This document shows positions 18,004-25,969 of a DNA stretch of 64,000 nt, piece by piece. Under the pieces are notes generated by a model. That model saw only the letters and a list, made by a program, of their open reading frames with translations. It was not told the origin of the DNA and ran no database searches. Where the stretch lies: the NCBI GenBank assembly GCA_007375675.1, contig VMEU01000001.1, positions 40,458 to 104,457 on the forward strand, read 5' to 3'. This stretch comes from Parcubacteria group bacterium Greene0416_39 (GTDB taxonomy: Bacteria; Patescibacteriota; Minisyncoccia; Minisyncoccales; UBA10102). A program made the translations under genes and the position numbers. Positions within the stretch are counted from its first letter, which is position 1. Each line of letters starts with the position of its first letter.

Positions 18004-18348
18004 ATGACCAAAAATAGAACTTTGCGAGTGAGCAAGCTCTTCAAACGAGAGCTTGCAAATATCTTTCTCCACGAGCTCGATTTTCCCGACGGAACGTTCG
18101 TTACCATACTGGATGTTGAAGTTTCCCCAAACTTGCAGCAAGCGAAAGTTTATATTACGATTACCCCAGTAGAGAGATCAAAGCAAGTGTTCCTCATTCT
18201 TAAGAGAAACATCTTTGCAATTCAGCAGAACTTGAACAAACGCCTCAAGATGCGGCCTACCCCAAAGATTTCTTGGGTTCAGGGAGATTATGCCTCCCGC
18301 GCTCAGAGAATTGAGGAGCTCTTAGAACAAATTGAGAAGAATAAATAG
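18004..18348 (+). CDS. rbfA: Ribosome-binding factor A
   Basis: 114 aa; RVSKLFKRELANIFLHEL...VTILDVEVSPNLQQAKVYIT. Confidence 0.85.
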   Translation: MTKNRTLRVSKLFKRELANIFLHELDFPDGTFVTILDVEVSPNLQQAKVYITITPVERSKQVFLILKRNIFAIQQNLNKRLKMRPTPKISWVQGDYASRAQRIEELLEQIEKNK

Positions 18349-18349
18349 C

Positions 18350-18420
18350 GGCGCCTTGGCCGAGCGGCTAGGCAGGGGACTGCAAATCCTCGTACGGCGG
18401 TTCAACTCCGCCAGGCGCCT
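18350..18420 (+). tRNA. tRNA-Cys(GCA)
   Basis: Acceptor GGCGCCT/AGGCGCC; anticodon loop CTGCAAA; T-arm GGCGG-TTCAACT-CCGCC. Confidence 0.75.
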
Positions 18421-18431
18421 CAAACAAGAAT

Positions 18432-18514
18432 GCCGCGGTGATGGAACGGTAGACATAAGGGGCTTAAAACCCCTTGAGGGTAACCTCGTGAGAGTTCGAC
18501 TCTCTCCCGCGGCA
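18432..18514 (+). tRNA. tRNA-Leu(TAA), class II
   Basis: Acceptor GCCGCGG/CCGCGGC; anticodon stem AGGGG/CCCCT, loop CTTAAAA; long variable arm; T-arm GAGAG-TTCGACT-CTCTC. Confidence 0.75.
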
Positions 18515-18520
18515 CTAAAC

Positions 18521-18560
18521 GCAAAAGCGGTCTCGCCTCATTAGCGGACCGCTTTTGTCC
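18521..18560. terminator. Bidirectional intrinsic terminator hairpin
   Basis: AAAGCGGTC...GACCGCTTT 9-bp stem, A-rich upstream and TTTTGTCC downstream; between convergent units. Confidence 0.6.
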
Positions 18561-18570
18561 TATCTGCGTC

Positions 18571-19044
18571 CTATCCTTCTAACACCTCAATGTAGGTACG
18601 TTTGGCTCCGAAGTTGAGTGCTTGCCAATAATCTGGGAACCAGATATCTACGATAAAGTTTTTACTTGGGTGCATGCGGTCTTCTACCACAAACACCTGG
18701 TCGCCGTAGAGATCCGGGAGCTTAATTTTTGTTCCCATAGGAAGAAAGTTTGCTGCCACAATCCCTTCCCGAACTGTGGTTCCTGCTGCTGTGATAAACG
18801 GCGTGTCGTCGGTCTGCCAGATAGTGGAAGAGTACGCGGTTACCACCACCTTGATTGTTTCCGCTACTATTTCTGGCGTTTGGGGCGAAGAAACCGGCAG
18901 GAAAGCACTCGAACTCACGAGAATTCCATTGTCCAGGTCATTTCCTACCCCTTGGGCTAATCCTTTTGTTCCAAACGTCGCAAGTGCTGCTCCAAGAAAG
19001 AGTCCGGCAACCAAGGCTAGCGCGTGCTTTTGAACGTGTTGCAT
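18571..19044 (-). CDS. Secreted 3D-domain protein (MltA/YocH-like cell-wall hydrolase domain)
   Basis: Start at MQHVQKHALALVAGLFLGAALA (signal peptide); C-terminal GTKIKLPDLYGDQVFVVEDRM...IDIWFP is the 3D-domain signature. Confidence 0.7.
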   Translation of the reverse strand: MQHVQKHALALVAGLFLGAALATFGTKGLAQGVGNDLDNGILVSSSAFLPVSSPQTPEIVAETIKVVVTAYSSTIWQTDDTPFITAAGTTVREGIVAANFLPMGTKIKLPDLYGDQVFVVEDRMHPSKNFIVDIWFPDYWQALNFGAKRTYIEVLEG

Positions 19045-19160
19045 ATAAAAACCCCTTTTAGGGGCACACACAGTATAGAATAGGGAAGAGGAAAAGTCAA
19101 TACCTGCGCCTTGCGGCAAGTTACCAGAGGGGAACAAGCGATTGTATGGGATACCCTGAT

Positions 19161-19169
19161 TTATCCACA
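19161..19169 (+). promoter_or_regulatory. Perfect DnaA box TTATCCACA just upstream of the nrdR-nrdJ promoter
   Basis: TTATCCACA at 19161-19169, 8 bp upstream of a TTGACA(19178)-N17-TAAAAT promoter facing nrdR. Confidence 0.5.
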
Positions 19170-19177
19170 GGGTTCGT

Positions 19178-19212
19178 TTGACAGTCTTTACTGGAGTGCT
19201 AAAATTCAATCC
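19178..19212 (+). promoter_or_regulatory. Sigma70-like promoter for nrdR-nrdJ
   Basis: TTGACA ... TAAAAT with ~17-nt spacer. Confidence 0.45.
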
Positions 19213-19277
19213 TGGATGGGTTACTTTTCTTGTATGGTTAAGACGGTCTTCTATACAATATATTGGATAGTTGGAAC

Positions 19278-19730
19278 ATGAATTGCCCAATGTGTCAAAG
19301 TTCTTCAAAGGTTATAAACTCCAGGAGCGCAGACCATGGGAAAACCGTAAAAAGGCGCAGGGTTTGCATGAAATGCGCCAGGAGATTCACCACATATGAG
19401 CGCATAGAGCTTGTAAATGTCACGGTCTTAAAGCGCAGCGGGGCAAAAGAGCCTTACATGCGCCACAAGCTTCAGCTTGGGATGAGAAAGGCCTTGGAGA
19501 AGAGGCCGTATACCGAGCAGCAATTTGAAAGATTGGTCTCTGGGGCAGAAAATGATATTTTTAACAGGGAACACGATGTCATCTCTTCCGAACAAATTGG
19601 CCAGATTGTTCTTGCGCATTTGAAAGTATTTGATAAGGTTGCCTATCTGCGTTTTGCTTCCGTGTACCGGAGATTTGGGAGCACGAAAGCGTTTGAAAAA
19701 GAGATTGAAAAACTCGAAAAGGGAAAATGA
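19278..19730 (+). CDS. nrdR: Transcriptional repressor NrdR (zinc ribbon + ATP-cone)
   Basis: MNCPMCQSSSKVINSR...RRRVCMKCARRFTTYERIE; ATP-cone follows. Confidence 0.9.
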   Translation: MNCPMCQSSSKVINSRSADHGKTVKRRRVCMKCARRFTTYERIELVNVTVLKRSGAKEPYMRHKLQLGMRKALEKRPYTEQQFERLVSGAENDIFNREHDVISSEQIGQIVLAHLKVFDKVAYLRFASVYRRFGSTKAFEKEIEKLEKGK

Positions 19731-22700
19731 CTTCCATGCAAAAAAATCTTCTTGTACTCTCAAACAAAGAAAAGGGCGCGGTGAACGCCAGATTTTCTGA
19801 AAATGCTCTCAAGATGCTGCGCAAGCGCTATCTTGCTGTTGACGAGAAGGGAGTGCAGGAAACTGCAGCCGATATGTTTGCAAGAGTCGCAAGCGCGTTG
19901 GCAGCAGTGGAGAAAAACTACGGCAAGAAAGAACAGGATGTTAAAAAAGTCGCGCGGGATTTTTTTAACATCATGTCAACAAAAGAATACACTCCTGCGG
20001 GCCGCACGATCACCAATGGAGGAGGCGAAACCCCGGTTATTGCAAACTGCGTTGTCTTGCCTATTCATGATTCTATGGAGAGCATTTTTCAAACCCTCAA
20101 AGACGCGGCCTTGCTGCAGCAGGCAGGTTGCGGCCTTGGCTTTGATCTTTCTGAAATGCGGCCTGCTGACTTCCCTACAAGAAAATCTAGAGGGAGAGCT
20201 TCGGGTCCCGTTACTTTTTTGAAGGTGTATGACTATGCGTTTGGAACCATTAAGCAGCAGGGCAGGCACGGCGCGAATATGTCAATGATGAGGGTAGATC
20301 ACCCAGATGTTTTGGATTTTATTCATTGCAAAGAAGTGGAGGGTGAAATCCACAACTTCAACATTTCAGTCACCGTCACAGACGAGTTCATGGAACAGTT
20401 AGAGAAGAACCCCAACAAGCAGTGGTGGTGCGTATTCAATAACAAGAAATATAAGCCCAGAAAAGTGTTGCGCCATCCCAATGGGAGTGTGTACGGAACA
20501 GAGGAGGTAGATATTAGCGCAAAAGAGGTTTTTGACGAGTTGGTGAAAGGAGCGTGGACAAACGGAGAACCTGGCATTGCGTTTATTGACACGGTGAACA
20601 AAACCAATCCGCTTCCAGGTCTTGGCCCAATCGCAACGTCTAACCCGTGCGTGACAGGAGATACTCTCATACCCACTGAGCAAGGTTTTCTGACAATGGA
20701 GGAGCTCGTAGAGAGGTATGGCAAGGGCGGTGTCAAAATCGCAATCGATGTTCGTGTTCCCAAAACCATTGCCACTTCTCTTGTTGTGGAAAGTCTTATT
20801 GGCAATGGAGGAGAAGAAACAGTTCCTGTGCTGAATCTTTCGTTGTATGGAGAAGAAGGAGTGGGAGAAGTATCTAAAGCATGGAAGACAGGGGTGAAAG
20901 CAGTGTATAAGCTTACGACTCGTTCTGGCTACGAACTTGAAGCAACCGCGGAGCATGAAATTTTTACACCAAAAGGAAAGGTTCCTCTTGGGGAACTTCA
21001 GAAAGGAGATACGTTACTTCTTCAGTCGCGAGAAGGTCTTTGGAGCAACGAAGCGAAATTGCCCTTTACGTTTTCTAACGAGGTTCGAGGACGAAATGGC
21101 CACACGTATCGGTATAACTTTCCGACTGAATGGAGTCAACAGCTCGGGCAAGCCTTAGGATGGCTTATCGGAGACGGCTGGATACGAGAAAAACCAAAAC
21201 AAAACTGCGTAGGTTTTACCTTTGCAGAGGAAGATAAAAAAGTTTTACTGTATCTCAAAGAGATTTTAAACAAGTGGTATCGCAATAGCACTTCTCAAGA
21301 AATCAAAAGGCACAACGGAGTGTACCATTTAGTGTATGGTTCGAAAGATTTTATGCAATATATGAAGAACTTGGGAGTGAAAGCGGTACGTGCCCAAGGG
21401 AAAGAGGTGCCCTCTACTTTATGGAAAGCACCTAGAGAAGCAGTCATCGGATTTCTTCAGGGACTTTTTAGTTCCGACGGGACCATTAATATTTTTGAAC
21501 CAAATCAAACTCGGTATATCCGTCTCACCTCCAAGTCTGAGAAACTCCTCAAGGGAGTACAGCTCTTGCTACTGAATCTTGGCATTCGTTCAACCGTATA
21601 CAATAGAAGTAGGAAACCGAGTATGAAACTTGGATACCCCAACGACGGCGTACTCTTTGAGTTGCAGATTACGAAGACGAACATTCCGATATTCCTTAAG
21701 AAGATCGGATTTCTTGGAACCCATTACACAAAGAAAGCAGAGATACTTAGAACGTGCTCCTACTATCGAGAAACCTTTGAAGACAAGGTGAAAGAAATTC
21801 GGTTTGTTGGAACAAAGAAGGTGTATGACCTTACAGAATCCCTCTCCCATTCTTTGGTTGCAAATGGAATTGTCATATCAAATTGCGGCGAACAATATTT
21901 GCATCCGTATGACAACTGCAACTTGGGATCCATTAATCTTGCGGCATTTGTAAAACAGGGAAAAGTGGATTGGGCAAGACTCCGTTTTGTCACGAGAACC
22001 GCAACACGGCTCATGGACAATGTGATAGACGTTTTTGACTTTCCCGTAAAAGAAGTGACTGACTTAGCCAAGAATAACAGGAGGATTGGCTTGGGCATCA
22101 TGGGTTTTGCTGATATGCTCTATCAGCTTGGGGTGCGCTATGATTCCAAACAAGGATTTGCGTTAGGAGAAAAAGTTATGGGCTTTATTACTAATGAGGC
22201 CCATACAATGTCTGAGGAGTTGGCAAAAGAAAAAGGCGCATTTCCTAACATTGCAAAGAGCGTGTTTGCCAGATCCAAGAAAAAGATGCGCAACGCTGCC
22301 CTTACCACGGTTGCTCCCACAGGTTCTATCTCCATGATGTTTGACTGTTCTTCTGGCATTGAACCAAACTTTGCTCTTTCTTATGTGAAACAAGACAAAG
22401 ACGGCGTCCAATACCACTACCTTAACAAATACTTTGAGGAAGCGGTTGCCAAGTTGAAGCTTGCGGCAAAAGAAAAAGACGAGATTCTCCAGGAGGTTGT
22501 GGGAAAGGGGACCATACAGCATATTGGAAAGCTTCCAAAGGCATTGCGGGATACGTTCGTGATCTCCATGGATATTGTGGGACTTGACCATATGAAAATG
22601 CAGGCTGCGTTTCAGAAGCACGTTGATAACTCTATTTCCAAAACCGTCAACTTCCCAAATTCTGCGACCAGAGAAGATGTTGCCGGAAGTTTTGTAGCGG

Positions 22701-23377
22701 CTTGGAAGTTAGGGTGCAAATCAGCAACCGTGTATCGTGAAGGAAGCAGGGTGGTGCAGATTCTCAACCTTGGCACTGGAGAAAACCTTATTGCTCCCAC
22801 TGCGCTTGGAGTTGGGAAAGACAGCATAGAGAAACTCGACTTGCGCATGGACCAGCAACGTTTGGCCTCAAGGCCAAGGCCAGAGGTGATGACAGGCAAA
22901 ACCTACCGTGTGAAAACAGGGTACGGGAATCTATACGTTACCGTGAACAACGATGAAAAAGGAGTGCCTTTTGAGGTTTTTGCAACCATTGGGAAAAATG
23001 GAGGGTTTTTCCAGGAACAGTCAGAGGCCATATGCAGAATGATCTCTCTTGTGTTAAGAACAGGGGTAAAAATTGAAGAAGTGGTGGAGCAACTAAAGGG
23101 CATTAGAGGGCCAATGCCCATATTCACAGACAAAGGCACTATTCTTTCTCTGCCTGACGCCTTAGGCCGTATTCTTGAAGACCACGTGAAGTTTGCTCCA
23201 AGAGTGGAAGAAGCAGTTGCGAGGCCCGAGAGACAGGAAGTACTTCCTTTTATAGAAAAAAAACAGACCATTGCTGAAATGGGTTTTATGCCAGGATGCC
23301 CTGACTGCGGCTCCCCTTTACTGATGTCTGAAGGATGCATTAGCTGCAAGGAGTGCGGATTTAGCCGCTGTATGTAA
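19727..23377 (+). CDS. nrdJ: Class II (adenosylcobalamin-dependent) ribonucleotide reductase NrdJ, interrupted by an intein
   Basis: RNR catalytic motif split as ...ATSNP | intein | CGEQYLHPYDNCNLGSINL; C-terminal zinc ribbon CPDCG...CKECG; 1216 aa including a 412-aa intein. Confidence 0.9.
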   Translation: MTSMQKNLLVLSNKEKGAVNARFSENALKMLRKRYLAVDEKGVQETAADMFARVASALAAVEKNYGKKEQDVKKVARDFFNIMSTKEYTPAGRTITNGGGETPVIANCVVLPIHDSMESIFQTLKDAALLQQAGCGLGFDLSEMRPADFPTRKSRGRASGPVTFLKVYDYAFGTIKQQGRHGANMSMMRVDHPDVLDFIHCKEVEGEIHNFNISVTVTDEFMEQLEKNPNKQWWCVFNNKKYKPRKVLRHPNGSVYGTEEVDISAKEVFDELVKGAWTNGEPGIAFIDTVNKTNPLPGLGPIATSNPCVTGDTLIPTEQGFLTMEELVERYGKGGVKIAIDVRVPKTIATSLVVESLIGNGGEETVPVLNLSLYGEEGVGEVSKAWKTGVKAVYKLTTRSGYELEATAEHEIFTPKGKVPLGELQKGDTLLLQSREGLWSNEAKLPFTFSNEVRGRNGHTYRYNFPTEWSQQLGQALGWLIGDGWIREKPKQNCVGFTFAEEDKKVLLYLKEILNKWYRNSTSQEIKRHNGVYHLVYGSKDFMQYMKNLGVKAVRAQGKEVPSTLWKAPREAVIGFLQGLFSSDGTINIFEPNQTRYIRLTSKSEKLLKGVQLLLLNLGIRSTVYNRSRKPSMKLGYPNDGVLFELQITKTNIPIFLKKIGFLGTHYTKKAEILRTCSYYRETFEDKVKEIRFVGTKKVYDLTESLSHSLVANGIVISNCGEQYLHPYDNCNLGSINLAAFVKQGKVDWARLRFVTRTATRLMDNVIDVFDFPVKEVTDLAKNNRRIGLGIMGFADMLYQLGVRYDSKQGFALGEKVMGFITNEAHTMSEELAKEKGAFPNIAKSVFARSKKKMRNAALTTVAPTGSISMMFDCSSGIEPNFALSYVKQDKDGVQYHYLNKYFEEAVAKLKLAAKEKDEILQEVVGKGTIQHIGKLPKALRDTFVISMDIVGLDHMKMQAAFQKHVDNSISKTVNFPNSATREDVAGSFVAAWKLGCKSATVYREGSRVVQILNLGTGENLIAPTALGVGKDSIEKLDLRMDQQRLASRPRPEVMTGKTYRVKTGYGNLYVTVNNDEKGVPFEVFATIGKNGGFFQEQSEAICRMISLVLRTGVKIEEVVEQLKGIRGPMPIFTDKGTILSLPDALGRILEDHVKFAPRVEEAVARPERQEVLPFIEKKQTIAEMGFMPGCPDCGSPLLMSEGCISCKECGFSRCM
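20648..21883 (+). mobile_element. Intein in NrdJ with LAGLIDADG homing-endonuclease domain
   Basis: Begins Cys (CVTGDTLI, Hint block A); ends ...GIVISN with +1 Cys; two LAGLIDADG motifs LGWLIGDGWI and FLQGLFSSDGTI. In frame: 20648-19727=921 and 21884-19727=2157. Confidence 0.85.
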
Positions 23378-23459
23378 AATAATGCGAATCTACAAATCCA
23401 TGCGAATGTACAAATCTATTATATTCGCGGCATTCGCACATCATTTGTAGATTTGCATT
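23378..23459. repeat. 85-nt quasi-palindromic GCGAAT/ATTCGC-rich intergenic element, copy 1
   Basis: AATGCGAATCTACAAAT ... ATTTGTAGATTTGCATT outer inverted repeat; inner TGCGAATG / TATTCGCGGCATTCGCA. Fills the nrdJ stop to pduO start gap exactly. Confidence 0.7.
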
Positions 23460-24029
23460 ATGCTATTCTATACGGGCAAAGGAGACAAGGGGAGTTCTGT
23501 TATCGGGAAAAAGAAGTTTCCCAAAGATTCTCCTGTGCCCGAGGTCTTAGGCGAGCTCGACGAACTAAACAGCTTGATAGGACTTTTCAAAAGTACTGAA
23601 AAAGGGAAACCATTTTTTTTAAAACTTACCAAGGTTCAGGAGACTCTCTTTATCATTCAAGCGAGAATAGCGTGGATTCTCTATCCAAAATTCTCCTCTC
23701 CCCAGGTCTTAGGAGAAAAAATAAAGGAGCTTGAAAAAGAGATTGAGAGAGCTGAAAAAACAATACATCCTGAGCGCGGTTTTGTGATTTCTGGAACCAA
23801 TGAAACTTCCTCATGGCTTGATTATCTGCGGGCCGTAGCGAGAAGAGTGGAAAGGAGGGCGTATACTCTTTCCCGCCTTCGCCAAGGCTACGGCGGGCAG
23901 GCCAAAAAATATGCAGTTCCAAAAGAAATACTTGCGTATCTCAACCGGCTTTCAAGTTATCTGTACGCTTTAGCTCGGCTTGAGATTCACAAGAAAAAAC
24001 TCAAAGAACCAAAACCAAGTTATAAATAA
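23460..24029 (+). CDS. pduO: PduO-type ATP:cob(I)alamin adenosyltransferase
   Basis: N-terminal MLFYTGKGDKGSS (consensus is YTRTGDKG); 189 aa; sits beside the B12-dependent RNR. Confidence 0.75.
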   Translation: MLFYTGKGDKGSSVIGKKKFPKDSPVPEVLGELDELNSLIGLFKSTEKGKPFFLKLTKVQETLFIIQARIAWILYPKFSSPQVLGEKIKELEKEIERAEKTIHPERGFVISGTNETSSWLDYLRAVARRVERRAYTLSRLRQGYGGQAKKYAVPKEILAYLNRLSSYLYALARLEIHKKKLKEPKPSYK

Positions 24030-24113
24030 TAATGCAAATCCACAAATGACTGCGAATGTACAAATACGAGTATTCGCGGCATTCGCATATTATTCGTAGA
24101 TTCGCATTTTACT
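24028..24113. repeat. 85-nt quasi-palindromic intergenic element, copy 2
   Basis: Same organisation as copy 1; ATG of the downstream gene follows directly. Confidence 0.7.
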
Positions 24114-24650
24114 ATGAACCGCACCCTTTTTGCCTTCCTTTTACTTATAGCAATCGGCACTATCACAGTAAGACTTCTCCCTCATATGCCAAACTTTACT
24201 CCCATGGGGGCGCTTGCGCTTTTTGTTGGGGTATACCTCGCAAAGGCTCACAAAGCCGCTCTGTTACTCCCGTTGCTTGCGATGTTCTTATCCGATCTTT
24301 TCATTGGATTCTACGATGCAAAGCTTATGGCAGTGGTGTACGGAAGCTTTCTATCTTATGGCGTTATTGGAATGTTGGTTGTCAAACAAAAAAACGCTCA
24401 AACAGTTTTGCTCGGCAGCATTGGAGGAGCAGTGATATTCTACCTTACAACAAACTTTGCCGTATGGGCGTTTTCCAGCTGGTATCCCCATACGCTTTCA
24501 GGCTTGATGCTTTCTTACACGCTCGCGCTTCCTTTTTTCAAGTATACCCTGTTGGGGGATGTGTTTTTCTCCGCGCTTTTCTTTGGCGCGTACGAGTTTG
24601 CGAAGACGTACATGGTACAGCGCGAAGCGAAGATCGCGGTGGTTCCTTAG
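24114..24650 (+). CDS. Small polytopic membrane protein; possible solitary ECF-type S component (cobalamin?)
   Basis: 178 aa, ~5 TM helices, RLLPHMPNFTPMGALALFVG N-terminal motif reminiscent of ECF S components. The substrate guess rests on genomic context only. Confidence 0.4.
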   Translation: MNRTLFAFLLLIAIGTITVRLLPHMPNFTPMGALALFVGVYLAKAHKAALLLPLLAMFLSDLFIGFYDAKLMAVVYGSFLSYGVIGMLVVKQKNAQTVLLGSIGGAVIFYLTTNFAVWAFSSWYPHTLSGLMLSYTLALPFFKYTLLGDVFFSALFFGAYEFAKTYMVQREAKIAVVP

Positions 24651-24667
24651 GAGCGGGATAATAGTAG

Positions 24668-25876
24668 ATGAAGACAGTCAAGTCTTTTGTAAAAGAATCT
24701 CTTGAGTATTCATTTTTTGGGACGCAAAGGTTCGCCATTGAAGCGCTCACGAAAACTCAGTCTCAGCAATGGCACAGGTTTGATATTTTGCGCAGGCTGA
24801 GCCTGAACCTTATTTTCCTTGGAATTTACGGATTCATCGTATGGCAGACATTCCAAGGGAAATTTACCTTAGGAGAAATGACCCTGCTCATTCAGCTTGC
24901 AACACAAACGCAGTTTCCCTTGTTTGCCTCCTCCTTTATTGTTGAACAAGTTCAAAAAGCTCAAACAGGGAGTAAAGACTTTTTTGAAACTCTCGCGTTA
25001 GAGCCTGCCATTAAAGACAGACCTAAGGCAAAAGAGCTGCAGGTTGTGAAGGGCAAAGTGGAGTATCAAAACGTGTCATTTCAATACGAAAAGGGCGCAA
25101 CAGTTTTGCAGAGAATATCTTTTGCCATACCTCCTGGAACAAAGCTCGCTTTGGTAGGAGAAAGCGGAGAAGGGAAAACCACCATCGCAAACCTTCTCCT
25201 GCGCTTGTACGAGCCCTTTGAGGGCGAGATCCTTATTGACGGCATGAATATTAAAGAAGTAACCCAATCCTCTCTGCGAAAGAATATTGCGGTTGTATTT
25301 CAATCTCCCTCTTTATTTTCAGGCACTGTCCGAGAAAGTATTGCGTATGGCACAGACGAGGCAATAGAAGACAAGATCGTGCGCGCCGCAAAAGCGGCAA
25401 ATGCCCACGACTTTATCATGAAGCTTCCTCAAGGGTATGACACCTTGATTGGAGAACGGGGAGTAAAGCTGTCAGGAGGGCAGCAGCAAAGAGTCGCCAT
25501 TGCAAGAGCAGTGTTGAAAAACGCCCCACTATTGATTCTGGACGAAGCAACAAGTTCTTTGGACAGCAGGTCAGAGAGAGAAGTCCAAGGAGCATTGGAA
25601 GTGTTGATGCAGGGCCGCACCACTCTTATTATCGCGCACCGCCTCTCAACCATTCAAAACGTAGACACTATTGTTACCCTCAAAGAGGGGAGGGTAGATG
25701 AAATAGGAACGCCCGGGGAGTTGGCCTCAACAAAGGGCATTTACGCGCAACTGCTTTCGCTCCAGCAAATGCCTTTGCTTTTGAGGAAACAAAAACTCAA
25801 GCAGTACGACATTGAGAGCGGGCCGCCCTCGCCCAAAGGGCGGGGCGAGCCTCGCTCAAATTTCGCAGAAATTTGA
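24668..25876 (+). CDS. ABC transporter ATP-binding protein with only a partial transmembrane domain (N-terminally truncated type I exporter)
   Basis: Walker A GESGEGKTT; signature LSGGQQQRVAIARA; Walker B ILDEATSSLD; H-loop. Only ~130 aa (2 TM) precede the NBD. Confidence 0.75.
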   Translation: MKTVKSFVKESLEYSFFGTQRFAIEALTKTQSQQWHRFDILRRLSLNLIFLGIYGFIVWQTFQGKFTLGEMTLLIQLATQTQFPLFASSFIVEQVQKAQTGSKDFFETLALEPAIKDRPKAKELQVVKGKVEYQNVSFQYEKGATVLQRISFAIPPGTKLALVGESGEGKTTIANLLLRLYEPFEGEILIDGMNIKEVTQSSLRKNIAVVFQSPSLFSGTVRESIAYGTDEAIEDKIVRAAKAANAHDFIMKLPQGYDTLIGERGVKLSGGQQQRVAIARAVLKNAPLLILDEATSSLDSRSEREVQGALEVLMQGRTTLIIAHRLSTIQNVDTIVTLKEGRVDEIGTPGELASTKGIYAQLLSLQQMPLLLRKQKLKQYDIESGPPSPKGRGEPRSNFAEI

Positions 25877-25946
25877 GCGGGTGATGGGAATCGAACCCAC
25901 GTGCCTTGATTGGCAACCAAGTGTACTGCCATTGTACTACACCCGC
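25876..25946 (-). tRNA. tRNA-Gly(GCC)
   Basis: Acceptor GCGGGTG/CACCCGC; D-stem GTAC/GTAC; anticodon stem CTTGG/TCAAG, loop TTGCCAA; T-arm GTGGG-TTCGATT-CCCAT. Confidence 0.75.
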
Positions 25947-25969
25947 ACTTCGGCCTTCTGGCCTCAGTG

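Noticed and set aside
18332-18544. 70-aa ORF covering tRNA-Cys and tRNA-Leu
   Set aside because: Coincides with two canonical tRNA cloverleaves.
20323-20956. Long antisense ORFs inside nrdJ (also 5499-5942 and 6135-6734 in pilB, 37578-37985 in gyrA, 50xxx in recG)
   Set aside because: They are shadow ORFs on the opposite strand of well-supported genes with no motifs.
24056-24661. 201-aa ORF in an alternative frame overlapping the 24114-24650 membrane-protein gene
   Set aside because: Its start lies inside the palindromic element and its product is Cys/Arg/Trp-rich with no hydrophobic pattern; the +2 frame gives a clean polytopic membrane protein.
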